64,000 nt of DNA from Eledone cirrhosa (GCA_964016885.1 OZ024753.1:40114001-40178000); one strand, 5' to 3'; shown: positions 46,502-60,910, counted from the stretch's first letter. Numbers and translations are program-made. Notes: generated from the letters alone by a model not told the origin.

Positions 46502-47569
46502 TTATACACACATACACATATATACATATATATACATCTATACATATACACATATAGACACATATATACACATATATACACGTATATACACATTTATACA
46601 TATATACACATATATACATATACACAATTATACACAATATATACATATATGTACATATATATACACATATATACACATATACATGTATACATATATACAT
46701 ATATATACACATATACACATATAGACACATATGTACACATATATACACGTATATACACATATACACATATAGACACATATATACACATATATACACATAT
46801 ATACACGTATATACACATATACACATATAGACACATATATACACATATATACATATATATATATATACACATATACACATATAGCCACATATGTACACAT
46901 ATATACACGTAAATACACATATACACATATAGACACATATATACACATATATACACGTATATACACATTTATACATATATACACATATATACATATACAC
47001 AATTATACACATGTATACATATATGTACATATATACACATATATACACATATACATATATACATATATACATATATATATATACACATATACACATATAG
47101 ACACATATATACACATATATACACATATATACACATATATACACATACACATATATATATATACACATATATACACATATATACACATACACATATATAT
47201 ATACACATATATACACATATAGACACATATATACACATATATACACATATATACACATATATACACATACACATATATATATATACACATATATACACAT
47301 ATACACATATATACACATACACATATATATATATACACATATATACACAGATATAGACATAGATATCTACACACCTTCCGGTACATACGGAAAAGACGAG
47401 AAATTAGTTTATATGCCAGCTCATAAATTCATATCACGAAAAGAAACCTGGTCCATAGATCAAAGGGATGTGAGCTCCCTTGCTTGACTGATGATTCTAG
47501 TTTATTGAACCCTGTCTGATTTCGGTTCCCACAATTATCGATTTCATTTTGATTGTCATTATATTATCA

Positions 47570-48655
47570 CTTTGCTTTTCATCCTTACGGGGTCGATAAA
47601 ATAAAGTACCAGTAATGCACTGGGTAATTGCTGGCCTTGTGCCAAAAGTAGAAACAATTATATTTGTTTCTACTTTAGGCCCAAGGCCAGCAATTACCCA
47701 GTACATTACTGGTACTTTATTTTATCGACCCCATAAGGATGAAAGGCAAAGTTAAATAATTGTTTCTACTTTAGGCACAAGGCCAGCAATTACCCAGTGC
47801 ATTACTGGTACTTTATTTTATCGACCCCGTAAGGATGAAAGGCAAAGTTAAATAATTGTTTCTACTTTAGGCACAAGGCCAGCAATTACCCAGTGCATTA
47901 CTGGTACTTTATTTTATCGACCCCGTAAGGATGAAAGGCAAAGTTAAATAATTGTTTCTACTTTAGGCACAAGGCCAGCAATTACCCCAGTACATTACTG
48001 GTACTTTATTTTATCGACCCCATAAGGATGAAAGGCAAAGTTAACCTCGGCGGGATTTGAACTCAGATCGTAAATTATATTATCCCTTTGGCAGTATAGG
48101 TAGAGGGTCGGACGCCATGCTTTGACGCATAGAGTTACGACCCTTGCCATTCTGAGTTCAAATCCCGCCGAGGTTAACTTTGCCGTTCATCCTTACGGGG
48201 GTCGATAAAATAAAGTACCAGTAATGTACTGGGTAATTGCTGGCCTTGTGCCAATAGTAGAAACAATTATATTATCACTTTGGATTGGCAGTATCGCTAG
48301 AGGATTGGACGCCATGCTTTGCAGCATAGAGTTACGGCCCTTGCCATTCTGAGTTCAAATCCCGTCGAGGTTAACATTGCCTTTCATCCTTACGAGGTCG
48401 ATAAAATAAAGTACCAGCAATGTACTGGGGATTTGCTGGCCTTGTGCCAATAGTAGAAACAATTATATTATCACTTTGGCAGTATCGCTAGAGGATTGGA
48501 TGCCATGCTTTGCAGCATAGAGTTACGCCCCTTTACAGTCTGAGTTCAAATCCCACCGAGGTAAACTTTGTCTTTCATTCTTATGGGGTCGATAAAATAA
48601 AGTACCAGTAATACACTGGGGTAATCACTAGCCTAATGCTTAAAGTAGAAACGAT
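47570..48655. mobile_element. SINE family A cluster, eight full or partial copies on both strands
   Basis: One + stub, four minus-strand 96-bp 3'-half units (47665, 47761, 47857, 47953), then three + copies. Confidence 0.92.
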
Positions 48656-48759
48656 TGTATTATCACTTTCTAATTAAACCTCTTTTTCTTTTAACGAAAA
48701 TATAAAAAACATAAATTAATTCATCTGCAAGACCCATTTCGGCAAAGAATGAATACAAG

Positions 48760-48960
48760 GAATGGAGACACGATAAAGTAACCAAGATTGTCATCTCATT
48801 ACCCCACCAGTAAACCTCTATAGAACACCAATGTAGACTTTGCATTGACCGTACTGCACGATTGAAGACATTCCAGGTGGTAAACGCTCCCTTTCGGTTT
48901 TAGCTTGACTCAGGATTTCAGCTGTGTCAGAGAGACGAGCTGTGGAAACATGCATCTAGG
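48760..48960 (-). mobile_element. Degenerate Tx1-like ORF2 fragment
   Basis: Manual translation FPQLVSLTQLKS*VKLKPKGSVYHLECLQS...FYRGL matches PQLVSLTELQSWVKRRPRGSAWRLECLQA...FYRGL of the 12560-13587 element. Confidence 0.7.
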
Positions 48961-49336
48961 ACTTCATGTGTTCACCGACGGTTTTCGATATGTACCAGCT
49001 CTTGCAGGTGTCAAGTAAACGCTTGAGGACATGTTTTGTCCATCGTGATTCCATCTGATTACAGGTGAAAGAAAGTAAGTTTGTCACTGAACATGTCCAT
49101 ATTTCAACATGAAATCGTCCTTGTCCCATAAGTCAACTTCACCACAATATCCTTGATGGCAACCCTCGTGTGCCCCCATTCCATATATCGCGGAGCTAAT
49201 TCAATGGCATATGAATCTCAAAAAATCTACGCCCATATTTTTACTATTATTAAGATGGCAGATTTGCAGAATCCATAGGGTTTCTGACAAAATTGCATTA
49301 CCATATCCGTTTTGGCTGTTTTAACTTCTTAGAGAC

Positions 49337-49590
49337 TTGGCAGTGGAGACTTCTGGTGTCCTTGGCCCTAGAGCTACCTCCCTATTCTCCACCATAGGCG
49401 CTGAGCTGGCCAGCCGCAGGTGTGAGCCTCGCGAGTTGGAATGGCTCGTCCAGCGCATCTCCCTTACCATCACCCGGAAAAACGCCTTGTCCTTTCTCTC
49501 CGCCGGGGCTGTGGGGAGGCCAGCACGTGGGATACCATTTGCTCACCATACGGATTAATAGACAAAGTTATAAACTATTGTAAATAAGTG
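49337..49590 (+). mobile_element. CRE-like non-LTR retrotransposon 3' fragment
   Basis: AVETSGVLG...LVQRISLTITRKNA resembles the C-terminus of CRE-clade restriction-like endonucleases. Confidence 0.72.
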
Positions 49591-50195
49591 TTTGTGAATT
49601 TCAAATGAACAGCTACTTCTCAGTGTAAATCCCGTGACGTTTAGCCTTGACTTTCGTCCTTCCTGGATCGATACAACAAAGTTACAGACAACTAACCAGG
49701 TAGATTTCATATTTGTATAACACATTGTATATGTATATGTTATAATAAGACAAGCTTTTTGTTTATACTTAATAAGTATTCAGAAAAATGTTAATGTCTG
49801 AATAAAACAATACAACCAATTGATTCGTTCTTCTCACAAGTCTGAACATGTTGACATTTTCATATTGACATTCTGTTGTTGGCGGCGTTGTTGATATTGT
49901 TCTTATTGTTAGTGTTATTATTGTTGTTGCTGCTGCTGCTGTTGTTGTTGTTGCTGTTGCTGTTCTTCTCATCCCCTTCTTCTTCTTCTTCTTCTTCTTC
50001 TCTCTACTGCCTCTTGTTGTTGGCGGCGTTGTTGATTTTTCGCTGTTCGTATTGTTCTTATTGTTAGTGTTGTTATTGTTGTTGCTGCTGCTGCTGCTGT
50101 TGTTGTTGTTGTTCTTCTCATCCCCTTCTTCTTCTTCTTCTCTCTACTGCCTCTTGTTGTTGTTGTTGTTAATAGTGTCTGATTAATAATTATAA

Positions 50196-50381
50196 TTGTT
50201 TCTACTTTTGGCACAAGGCCAGCAATTACCCCAGTGCATTACTGGTACTTTATTTTATCGACTCCCGTAAGAATGAAAGGCAAAGTTAACCTCGGTGGGA
50301 TTTGAACTCAGAATGGCAAGGGCCGTAACTCTATGCGTCAGAACATGGCGTCGACCCTCTACCGATACTGCCAATCCACCG
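50196..50381 (-). mobile_element. SINE family A
   Basis: Full reverse-complement match to family A. Confidence 0.9.
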
Positions 50382-50549
50382 CAATGTTGTTGTATCATTC
50401 ATGATATTGTGGTAAATAACTATGGTTGTTGCGATGGTCTTTAGATAACCCCCTCACTAGTAATTCACTGCCTCACCTTCCTTATCTGCGAAGAAATAAT
50501 CAGAACATTTTCCTCCATTTCCATCTCTCTGCCTCTTCTTCTTTTCTCA

Positions 50550-51080
50550 CCTCCTTCTCTCCCTACCTCATTCTATCTATCCCTCTATCTATCCGTCCTT
50601 CTCTCCCTCTCTCTATCTCTCTATCCATCCTTCACTCTGTGCCCCCTTCTCTCCCTACCTCCTCTCTCTATCTCTCTATTCATCCTTCACTCTGTCCCTC
50701 CCTTCTCTCTCTACCTCCCTCTCTCTATCCCTCTCTCCATCCTTCACTCTGTCCCCCCTTCTCTCCCTACCTCATTCTCTCTATCCCTCTATCTATCCGT
50801 CCTTCTCTCTATCTCTCTATCCATCCTTCACTCTGTGCCCCCTTCTCTCCCTACCTCCCTCTCTCTATCTCTCTCTCCATCCTTCACTCTGTCCCTCCCT
50901 TCTCTCTCTACCTCCCTCTCTCTATCCCCCTCTCCATCCTTCACTCTGTCCCCCCTTCTCTCCCTACCTCATTCTCTCTATCCCTCTATCTATCCGTCCT
51001 TCTCTCCCTCTCTCTATCTCTCTCTCCAACCTTCACATTGTCCCTCCTTCTCTCCCTACCCCCTCTACCCCCCTCCCTGA
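50550..51080. repeat. Pyrimidine-rich minisatellite
   Basis: Recurring CATCCTTCACTCTGT and CTCCCTACCTC. Confidence 0.85.
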
Positions 51081-51209
51081 ATATTTACCCACACACCCCC
51101 ATCCATCGTTCCCAAGCTGGAGCATATATTATGGTAACTAAAGATTTATCTTACACAGCTGCTGACTTTACAATTCCAATAAAATCATCACGACCAACAT
51201 CATCATAAA

Positions 51210-51428
51210 AAGGAACGATCGCTTTTTGTCAAATCGGACCGAGGAAACAATGTTTCCGTTGGTCTTTCCAGTTGCTAATACTACCTATCGGTCGCAACTC
51301 CAGGTAGAAGGAGCAACGTGAAATAAAGTGCCTTGCTCAAGGACATAACGCATCGTCCGGTCCAGGAATCGAACTCACAACCTCAAGATTGTGAATCCAA
51401 TTCTCTAACCACTCGGCCACACGCCTTC
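51210..51428 (-). mobile_element. SINE family B
   Basis: Reverse complement of 7160-7380; TSD ACATCATCATAAA at 51197-51209 and 51429-51441. Confidence 0.92.
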
Positions 51429-51735
51429 ACATCATCATAAACAAAGAAAAACAACAACAACAAAACAACTAAAGAGATAATAATTAAAAGAAAATAACCT
51501 CCTATCCTCAGTCAAATACTTCAAAATAAGTATTTTATCTTGAAAATTACGACTTATCTCATTTGTTTGTTGTTTTTTAGATTTTGAACACCCACTAGAT
51601 GAGTCTTTAAACTGCAAACAAAGTCTCAATTCAGAATTAAGTTACATTTTCATACATGACAGACTTACTTAACAGTATATGTGTTTATACCTATGCATAC
51701 AACATAAATACATACATATATGAATACTATGTATA

Positions 51736-51920
51736 GGTGGATTGGCAGTATCGGTAGAGAGTCGGACGCCATGCTTTGCAGCATACAGTTATGGCCCTTG
51801 CCATTCTGAGTTCAAATCCCGCCGAGGTTAAATTTGCCTTTCACCCTTACGGGGTCGATAAAATAAAGTACCAGTAATGCACTGGCTAATTGCTGGCCTT
51901 GTGCCAAAAGTAGAAACAAC
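51736..51920 (+). mobile_element. SINE family A
   Basis: Full match to family A; ACTATGTATA on both sides. Confidence 0.9.
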
Positions 51921-51962
<42 letters not shown>

Positions 51963-52226
51963 ACGAAAGAACTTTGACAATATATGAACAACCGTCTGGT
52001 TATGGAACCAACCAACCAACCGGAAATTTATAAATTCTTAAATTTATAAATTTAATTCATAATAAATTGGAGTGAAAGCAACTGGTGCGTGTGTTTCTTA
52101 TTGGCAACATGACCCTCCCAAAGCATAACAATATATGAATATTTATATACATAAATAAGTAGATATATATATATGTGTGTATAAATGTAAATATATATAT
52201 ATATATATATATATATTTACATTTAT

Positions 52227-52279
<53 letters not shown>

Positions 52280-52297
52280 TTTATCCCGGGTTTAATC

Positions 52298-52348
52298 GGC
52301 TTCCTGATGATTTCTCCCGAATGAAACAGTTCTAGTCCTGTAGAAGCC
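52298..52348 (+). ncRNA. Type I hammerhead motif (family D), followed by a ~90-nt tail
   Basis: GGCUUC-CUGAUGA-UUUC UCCC GAAU-GAA-ACAG UUCUAGUC CUGU-A/GAAGCC; perfect 6-bp stem I. Confidence 0.82.
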
Positions 52349-52444
52349 TCTTCTATATAAAATCTTCATTGTTCTCACTCTATGTATTGAGTACCTTATT
52401 TATTGTGGTTACGCCCGATTCTACTCGGTACCGACATATCACAT

Positions 52445-52476
<32 letters not shown>

Positions 52477-52689
52477 GGTGTGTGTCTGTTTGTGTGTGTG
52501 CATGCGAAAAGTAAACGAAAAACAACACAGGACATAAATACCATAAACACACATTTTTTTTTTATCCACCCCAAAACTAACAAAACACTCACACATATGT
52601 ACACATATTTAATACATACTCACGAAAAGTAAACACTGCGATATACACCCAAGTAAAACTGTGCCCACGCCTCTGGGCATACGCTATGA

Positions 52690-52915
52690 TCTGGTCTCTT
52701 GTGATGATAACATCAACAATCTGTTTTTCTCGATTATAGTTCTGTGTATAACAATATCGTGCCTGTTGCGTCCGTGGTCCGTTTGTATAGTGACGTCCTC
52801 TGAGTAATTCTTTTTTGTCTCTTTCATCAAGGACAAATTCTGGGACATATTAGTACCAGTTATTGGACACCTGATAACCATATTGTTTAAACATTGACCA
52901 GTGAATATAAGTGCA
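52690..52915 (-). mobile_element. Degenerate R4/Dong-like endonuclease fragment
   Basis: DVTIQTD...NRHDIVI resembles the D.TIQTD..NRPDIV motif; frameshifted. Confidence 0.55.
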
Positions 52916-53117
52916 GAATTTATTAATTATTTTAGTTTGTTTCAAATAAGCTGTTGTTTTGTTGTTGTTTATAAAGTTAATTATTCGTTGTGTATATCGC
53001 TGGAGTTTAAATACTGTTTGAACTTTTTTGGGGCTTCAGCGTAAGTTACACAAATATATATTTTTAAATATTGAAGCTGCTAATAATTTGACGTTTTTTT
53101 CTTTTACGGTTAAATAG

Positions 53118-53205
53118 GTTTATTTACAATAGTTTATAACTCTGCTTATTAATCCGTATGGTGAGCAAATGGGGTCCCCACGTGCTTTCCTCTCCACAGC
53201 CCTGG
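53118..53205 (-). mobile_element. 3' end of the CRE-like family
   Basis: Reverse complement matches about 49505-49588. Confidence 0.75.
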
Positions 53206-53705
53206 TCTTACATATTTCATAGTAATATGTTGGCCTACTTCTCTAACCAACCTGGTATTTTTTCTCCTACTTTTCTTTATTCCATTACCTTTCTGACAAA
53301 CATGTCCAAGTATCATTTTAAGGTATAAATTTTAATTTATAAAGAAAATTGATTGTCACAGAAATGCTACCGCTTAAAATAAAATTTCGCCAGGGATAGA
53401 TTAGCAAAATTTAATAAGGGATTGGGGTTGGAATTAGAGTGGGAGGATAGAAAAAAATCTGAAAAATGTATAAGTGCGGGGTGGGGACAATTATTGGAGA
53501 CTCGAGTGAAGCCGATTTTAGCCTAGTTCCTTTTACTCAACGATTGCTGTTGCATGTAGAAGATGTCTTACTTTAGTTATGTCCTGAATATGTATTATCA
53601 GAAAGGTATCAATTATAGTTTTACTTTTGTTTCTTTAATATGTGATTTGAAACAGTCTTGAGATTTAGTAAGATGGACATCACGGCTTGTGGTGTATAAT
53701 CTCTT

Positions 53706-53737
<32 letters not shown>

Positions 53738-53744
53738 TACTACC

Positions 53745-53805
<61 letters not shown>

Positions 53806-54264
53806 TGGCAGCTCTGATCGTTTAAACAGGCTGCTTTTCACATAAATGCATTAAATTACCTTACAGAAATTCCGTGAGACATCTGGTCAATCATATTGTA
53901 ATTAGAGGTCAGTTTTTCTTGAAAACCACGGCCCCCTTGATTCCTTGCGAATAAATGACTCGTTGCATACATCATATAATGGTAATCCTGAGGATTATGA
54001 CAATCACAATAGTAATAAGATATTAGTGGAAGTGAATACCGGAAATATGCTATCAGATTCCTGAAGCATTTGGTGTGGGGAAAGTGTTGGAGATTCTACA
54101 AAGCGACTGAGAATCTGTGGCAGGTGTTACGTACAGGAGAATAGAACTGGGACACATTAGCGTGTTTATGCAAACGCATATAAGTAGTTTGTACACACTA
54201 CATCTACATATGTGTGTTTATACATATTTCAGTGCATGTGCATTCTCTCTCTCTCTCTCTCTCA

Positions 54265-54303
<39 letters not shown>

Positions 54304-54377
54304 CGTGTGTGTGTGTGTTTGCGTGTCTCTGTGCGTCTCCTTGTGTCTGTGTGTCTATGTATGCATAGACACACACA

Positions 54378-54436
<59 letters not shown>

Positions 54437-54928
54437 ATTTATGTGTTTACATATATATATAGCAAGGGCAAAAATATAACTCTATTTGCATACAGAGAGC
54501 TACACAGGAGAGTATATGATTACCAAATAATTTAACAGTTTTATACAAAAGCTCAATGTGTTTATGTAGGAATAGATGGAAGATATGAGAGATATTCTTA
54601 AGGTAAAATATATACAGAAAGATGGACGTAAACACAGAGAACATCCAACTAAAGAAAATAATAGAATAAAGATCTTATCTCATTTAATGCTTTACAATTG
54701 TTTTGGCATTACTTCCGATTAATACACAGTTAGGCAAATATATATATATATATCAGAAACAACATTATATTAAGAAGAAATTAGTGATTACTCTTCATGT
54801 GAAGCAGCATATTATTATATTATTTTAGAGTATTTTAAGTGTATTTGTATACATTTCCATTGTTTTGAGGTTTTTTGTTTTATGGTAATGTTAACTGAGA
54901 TGTATCCGCATTAATAAAAAGGTTTTTC

Positions 54929-55260
54929 TTTCTACTTTTTGCACAAGGCCAGCTATTACCCCAGTGTATTACTGGTACTTTATTTAATCGACCCTGTAAG
55001 GCTGAAAGGCAAAGCTAACTTAGGCGGGATGGCAAGGGCCGTAACTCTATGCGTGAAAACATGTCCTCCGACCCCCTACCGATACTGCCAATCCACCGCC
55101 CAATCGGACGCCATGCTTTGACGCATAGAGTTACGGCCCTTGTTATTCTAAGTTCAAATCCCGCCGAGGTTAACTTTACTTTTCATCCTTACGGGGTCGA
55201 TAAAATAAAGTACCAGTAATGCACTGGGTAATTGCTGGCCTTGTGCCAAAAGTAGAAACA
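54929..55260. mobile_element. Head-to-head SINE family A pair
   Basis: Minus copy 54929-55101 and plus copy 55104-55260. Confidence 0.88.
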
Positions 55261-55424
55261 ATTAATGAAAGGTTTTTACAGGACAGTGTGTTTGACTTGT
55301 CTAAAACAAAATTGTGATCTCTGTGTGATATTAATGTTTATAAACGATCACTCAATTGTCTGCACTATGTGTATCATGATTTCTAAATCTAGTCTAATGT
55401 CTGTCTCAAGCCAAGAGGCTCGTT

Positions 55425-55640
55425 AGGCATGTGCTTATCCTGGTTTCGTAGCGTGACGCGACAGATTGTACAAGTATTATCTCTGAACAGGACGCCAGTC
55501 CATCGCAGGGTTAAAGCCCCAACTATTGCTGCTACTCATGTTTAGCTGAGTATGCAGGAGCAACGTGAAACGAAGAGTTTTGATCAAGAACACAACACAT
55601 AACCCAACCCAGGAATCGAACTCATGACATTGTGATCGCA
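55425..55640 (-). mobile_element. SINE with a family-B-like head and core but a different tail
   Basis: GGAGCAACGTGAAA...TCAAGAACACAAC...CCAGGAATCGAACTCA. Confidence 0.7.
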
Positions 55641-56823
55641 CTTGCCACTTGTATGTGTCAAGGGTAAAACGTTTCATGTATTTAACCTCATGGTCCCATT
55701 ATTAGATGGTCTACGAGATTTCATTGATAGGGTTTCAACAAGGATAGTTCTACATCACTTCAACAAAAGTTTGTTTATAGGAAATCTATTTCTAAAAGTT
55801 GTATTACGATCTTTATAGAGATCTCAATAAAACCACAGTAACAGTGCTTCCTTAATGACTGTATCTACATAATACCTCTAAGGTTTCATTTATAGAACTT
55901 GTATATGACTTTATGAATAGAATAACTTCAATATGACTTTATATAAGATTTCAATCCTCTTTGAAAATAAATTAATTTTTAAGCTCATGAGAAAATCCCA
56001 CACAAGCACACAAACTCACACAAGCACACAAAAGCTTACACAAACTCAAACTCAAACACATACACATACATCCGCACACATTCACACACATAAACAAACA
56101 TACAAAAACGCACAAGCCTTTCACAATACTTTTTTTTAATTCAGTGATTATCGTAATATATTCATTCTAAAAGGAAATGCTAACTTTTTCTACGAAGAGT
56201 CATCAAACTCTTGTTACAGCTTGGTCTTTTACACATTTCCGTTAATAATGTAATCTGCCAAATCAAACGTATACATCCCTTCAACCAGACTGATATATCC
56301 CTTCCCAGCAACAATCGCATGTCAAAGATAGAAGAATTATGCCAAAGGTTAGCAGGGCAAGCATAATTTTTGAATGATTTCTTTCCACTTAAAAACGTAT
56401 TAAGGACTCTCGATTTTTTTTTTTATTCCTAAGGATATGCTTCCTGGAAGCCCGATCAAACATACCAGACAAAGAACAACTGCACATTTAAAGAGGTCAA
56501 CGTGAGACCCTTTAAATGATTGCTCGACTGCAAGATATATCAGCCAAATCTGGTGTAGAAATATGTTTGAAAGTTTGAAGTTTGTATTACTTTGAACTGG
56601 GGCTCAATGTTTCTTTTCTGTCTCTTTCTCACACACACCACTATATGTATATATATATATATATATATATTATAAAAGACACAAAAGCGAGAAGCGGCGA
56701 AAACCAACCAAACAGTGAGTGTGTTCTGTTATTAATTCTGGCAATATTACACAAATATGACCCTCCCCAAGTATAACATATATATATATACAACAAACAA
56801 GTCAATAAGCACTCGACATATAC

Positions 56824-56864
<41 letters not shown>

Positions 56865-58047
56865 ACAAACCTCAATAAGCACTCAACATTTAATACAGAA
56901 CATAATTATATTTATTACGTTGGTGCCTTTTGCAGTTATTTTAAGTTTCTTCAGTATCTTATCCATCAGACGATAATGAAAAACATGCCTTAAATCAAGA
57001 TACCACCGAACCCCATCCTTTTGTTGGTCATCAAAAACTGCATGAGTACGATGTAATGGGGTACACTTCACATGTGACAAACAACATATTTATTTTCTTA
57101 AGGCATATCTCTTAACTTAAATCGACGTTTAGTTTGGATTTTAGCTCAGTTTTCCTTGCCGGCTTTCTTGATACATCTTGCATAACATAATGGTTTCTGA
57201 ACATAATACATGTAAGAACATGTCTTTCTTTAAGTTATTAATGTTGACTTTAATTGACTTGTTAGCAGACGTAGCTTTCAACTAATATTTCGGCTTCGTT
57301 TTTTCGTATCAAATATCTTGCTGTAGACTTAATCAATTTGCACTGCAATGCCAAGTACTAAAGGAATATATTTAAAAGTATAATCTTATCATTTCTTTTG
57401 ATGGAGACACGACAAAAGGTTTTTTTTATAATAAAGTATGTCCAGATAAAGTCAAACACATGAGACTGCTCTAGCCGGCCTTTCTATATCTACCTTTGTA
57501 TATCTATTTTTGTATATCTACCTTTGCAAAGGAACCTTATAGCGATGTTCTTTTCTCTTCTGTATTTTAAAATACATTTCTACTTCGAATGGAACAATAC
57601 CCTTATCTCTGGATACAAAACAAGAAAAAACATATCACAAGGACAAAAGGACAAAATTCTTCGATGTTTCATCATATGATAAAGGGGTTCTAAACTCGAA
57701 ATATTATTCAACATAAGATAAAAACTTGGTGCATACCCTGACACAAACCAGTTGTGAGTGCAGGTTGTTGTATATTTGTGTATAATACTGTATATATCAT
57801 AATGGATTGTATAGGGTTTATCTGAGATTGCTTATGCGTATAAATGTTCAAACAACAGGATGGTTGCGTAGTAATATCGAATAGGTATATACTCTGTCTT
57901 GTGTTTATTTATTAGTGCGTATGTTCGTATAAATATATACAGAAGCGTGCACATTATTACAATAAGATGGTGACTCTTACTAAGTGATTACGCATGCATA
58001 TGGCAGTACTTGTATGCTTGAATGCACATGATGAAGGTAGGATGGCA

Positions 58048-58103
<56 letters not shown>

Positions 58104-58191
58104 CGTGGGAGGTGTATGTGCATGCATATACATGTATATTAATAACATCTTTATACACACGCAAAACACTTCCACATAGTCATCCCACACA

Positions 58192-58258
<67 letters not shown>

Positions 58259-58332
58259 CACATAGATATACATGCATGTATATATATATAACTATCTATA
58301 TATATATATATATATGTGTGTGTATACATATA

Positions 58333-58368
<36 letters not shown>

Positions 58369-58413
58369 CACATATATATATATATTTATATATATATACA
58401 TACACATAGAATG

Positions 58414-58474
<61 letters not shown>

Positions 58475-58609
58475 TATATATATATAATATATATATGTAT
58501 AATATATATATGTTTATATACACATATATATATACACATAGATATACATGTATATATATATATATACACACATAGATATACATGTATATATATATATACA
58601 CACATAGAT

Positions 58610-58668
<59 letters not shown>

Positions 58669-58671
58669 GAT

Positions 58672-58723
<52 letters not shown>

Positions 58724-58989
58724 ATGTTGTTAATTTAATATGGCAGTAACACTGTGATAGTACTGCACTTTCAAGATAAACCAAATAAAAGAGCTGAACG
58801 GGAACCCACGGGGGCACCCATACAGCGCCCCACGCGTGACGCCTCCACAAAGTCATCAAGTCAAGTCATTTTGGTAAAGAAACCAAAATAAAGAACAAGG
58901 ATAGAAAAAATAAACAGAAGAAAAAGAGTAAGGAAGTAAATGAGAGATAGAGAAGGAGAGAAAATGAGAGTGTATGAGAAAGGGTTGGA

Positions 58990-59056
<67 letters not shown>

Positions 59057-59191
59057 ATGCGAGGGAGAGGAGACGAAAGAGAGAAAGGGAGTGAATGAAA
59101 GAGAAAGATATAGAAAGAAAGGTAGAAAGAAATAAAAGAAAGCGAGCAAGAGTAAAAGAGAGTTTGTGTGCGACAGAGAGAGTGAGAGAGA

Positions 59192-59252
<61 letters not shown>

Positions 59253-59547
59253 AGAGAGTGAGAAAGAGGGGGGGGGGGCGATGCGATAGAAAAGAGATTA
59301 GGAGAGGGAGAGTCAGTGAGAAAGAGAGAGAGCTAGAGAGAGAGGGGGTGGAAAGAGAACGATACGAGAAAAGAGATTAGGAAAAGGAGACTGGACGAGA
59401 GAGAGAGAGAGAGAGAAGGAGAGAGAGATATGAAGAGAGCTAGATAGAAATATTGAGGGAGAGAAAGTGAGAGAGCTAGAAAAAGAGAAAGAAAGAAAGA
59501 AAGAAAGAAGAAAGAGAGGAAATGAGATCTAGAGAGAGAGGGAGATC

Positions 59548-59602
<55 letters not shown>

Positions 59603-59864
59603 CTAGAGAGAAATATAGTTATGAAGAGTGCTGACAATGGTTGAGCTGCTACGGGGTTGTTATGGGTTAACTGATTTCAAATCCGTATTGATTTTGTAAT
59701 TGTGCATTCTCCTTGTCAGCAATGTTTAGACGAGACTGGTCAACTGTGAAATGAAGTGGCGTGAATGATTATCAGTGAAGGACACCCTCTCTTATGTATC
59801 TTAGCTTCTGAGGTTGTTGATTGAGCTGATGGTGAATTTAGAGGGTGGGAGTAGCAGGGTAGGG

Positions 59865-60340
59865 TAATTGTGATGGTGGTGATGGTGGTAATGATGGTGG
59901 TGGTGATAGTTGTTGTTGATATTGGGGGTTGTGGTGGTGGTGGGGGTAGTGGTGGTGGTGGTGGTGGTGGTGGTGGTAATGATGGTGGTGGTGATAGTTG
60001 TTGTTGATATTGGGGGTTGTGGTGGTGGTGGGGGTAGTGGTGGTGGTGGTAATGATGGTGGTGGTGATAGTTGTTGTTGATATTGGGGGTTGTGGTGGTG
60101 GTGTTGTTGATGGTCTTGGTGGTAGTGGTGGTGGTGGTGATGGTGGTGGTGGTGGTGGTGGTGGCGTTAGTGCTGGCAATGGTAATTGTTGTTGATGGTG
60201 TTGGTGGTGGTGTTGGAGGTGGTAGTGTTGGTGGTGGTGGTGGTGATGGTGGTGGTGGTGGTGGTGGTGGTGCTAGTGCTGGTAATGGTAATTGTTGTTG
60301 ATGGTGTTGGTGGTGGTGTTGGAGGTGGTTGTGTGGTGGT
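59865..60340. repeat. (GGT/GTT)n-rich repeat
   Basis: Read directly from the sequence. Confidence 0.88.
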
Positions 60341-60726
60341 GCTGTTGCACTGTCAATATGCATGTGTTGACTGATAATAGTAGTTGCGCTAAACATGAAG
60401 CTGATGGTGATGGTGGTAAATATTGGTGGTGGTATTGGGGGGGGGAGGGGCTGGCAATGAAATTTGTGTGGGTGATATGATATTGTGTGTGTATATGTTC
60501 CTTTATATGTGCTTGTGTATGTATGTGCGTATGTGTACGTGTGTATGTATGTGTGAAAGTATGTCGATGTGGTTGATGATAATGCTTGAGCTGGTGGTTG
60601 AATATATATATATATATATATATATTTATTAAAATAACAGATTAAAGTTTAAGCAAAGAATCGGTGCTTTCACCCTTAACGGGATCTTCTGAATTTTTGG
60701 ATTTTAGTCTTCAAATTTATTATTAT

Positions 60727-60781
<55 letters not shown>

Positions 60782-60858
60782 TTTTAATGCAATGAAATAT
60801 CTATGATCGTCGGCAAATCACTGATGAGGGACTCATTTTATTACATGTTATCCATGCG

Positions 60859-60905
<47 letters not shown>

Positions 60906-60910
<5 letters not shown>

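Noticed and set aside
60655-60700. Hammerhead-like CAGAAGA-TCCC GTTAA GGGT-GAAAG on the minus strand
   Set aside because: The core deviates from CUGANGA, and stems I and III could not be formed convincingly.
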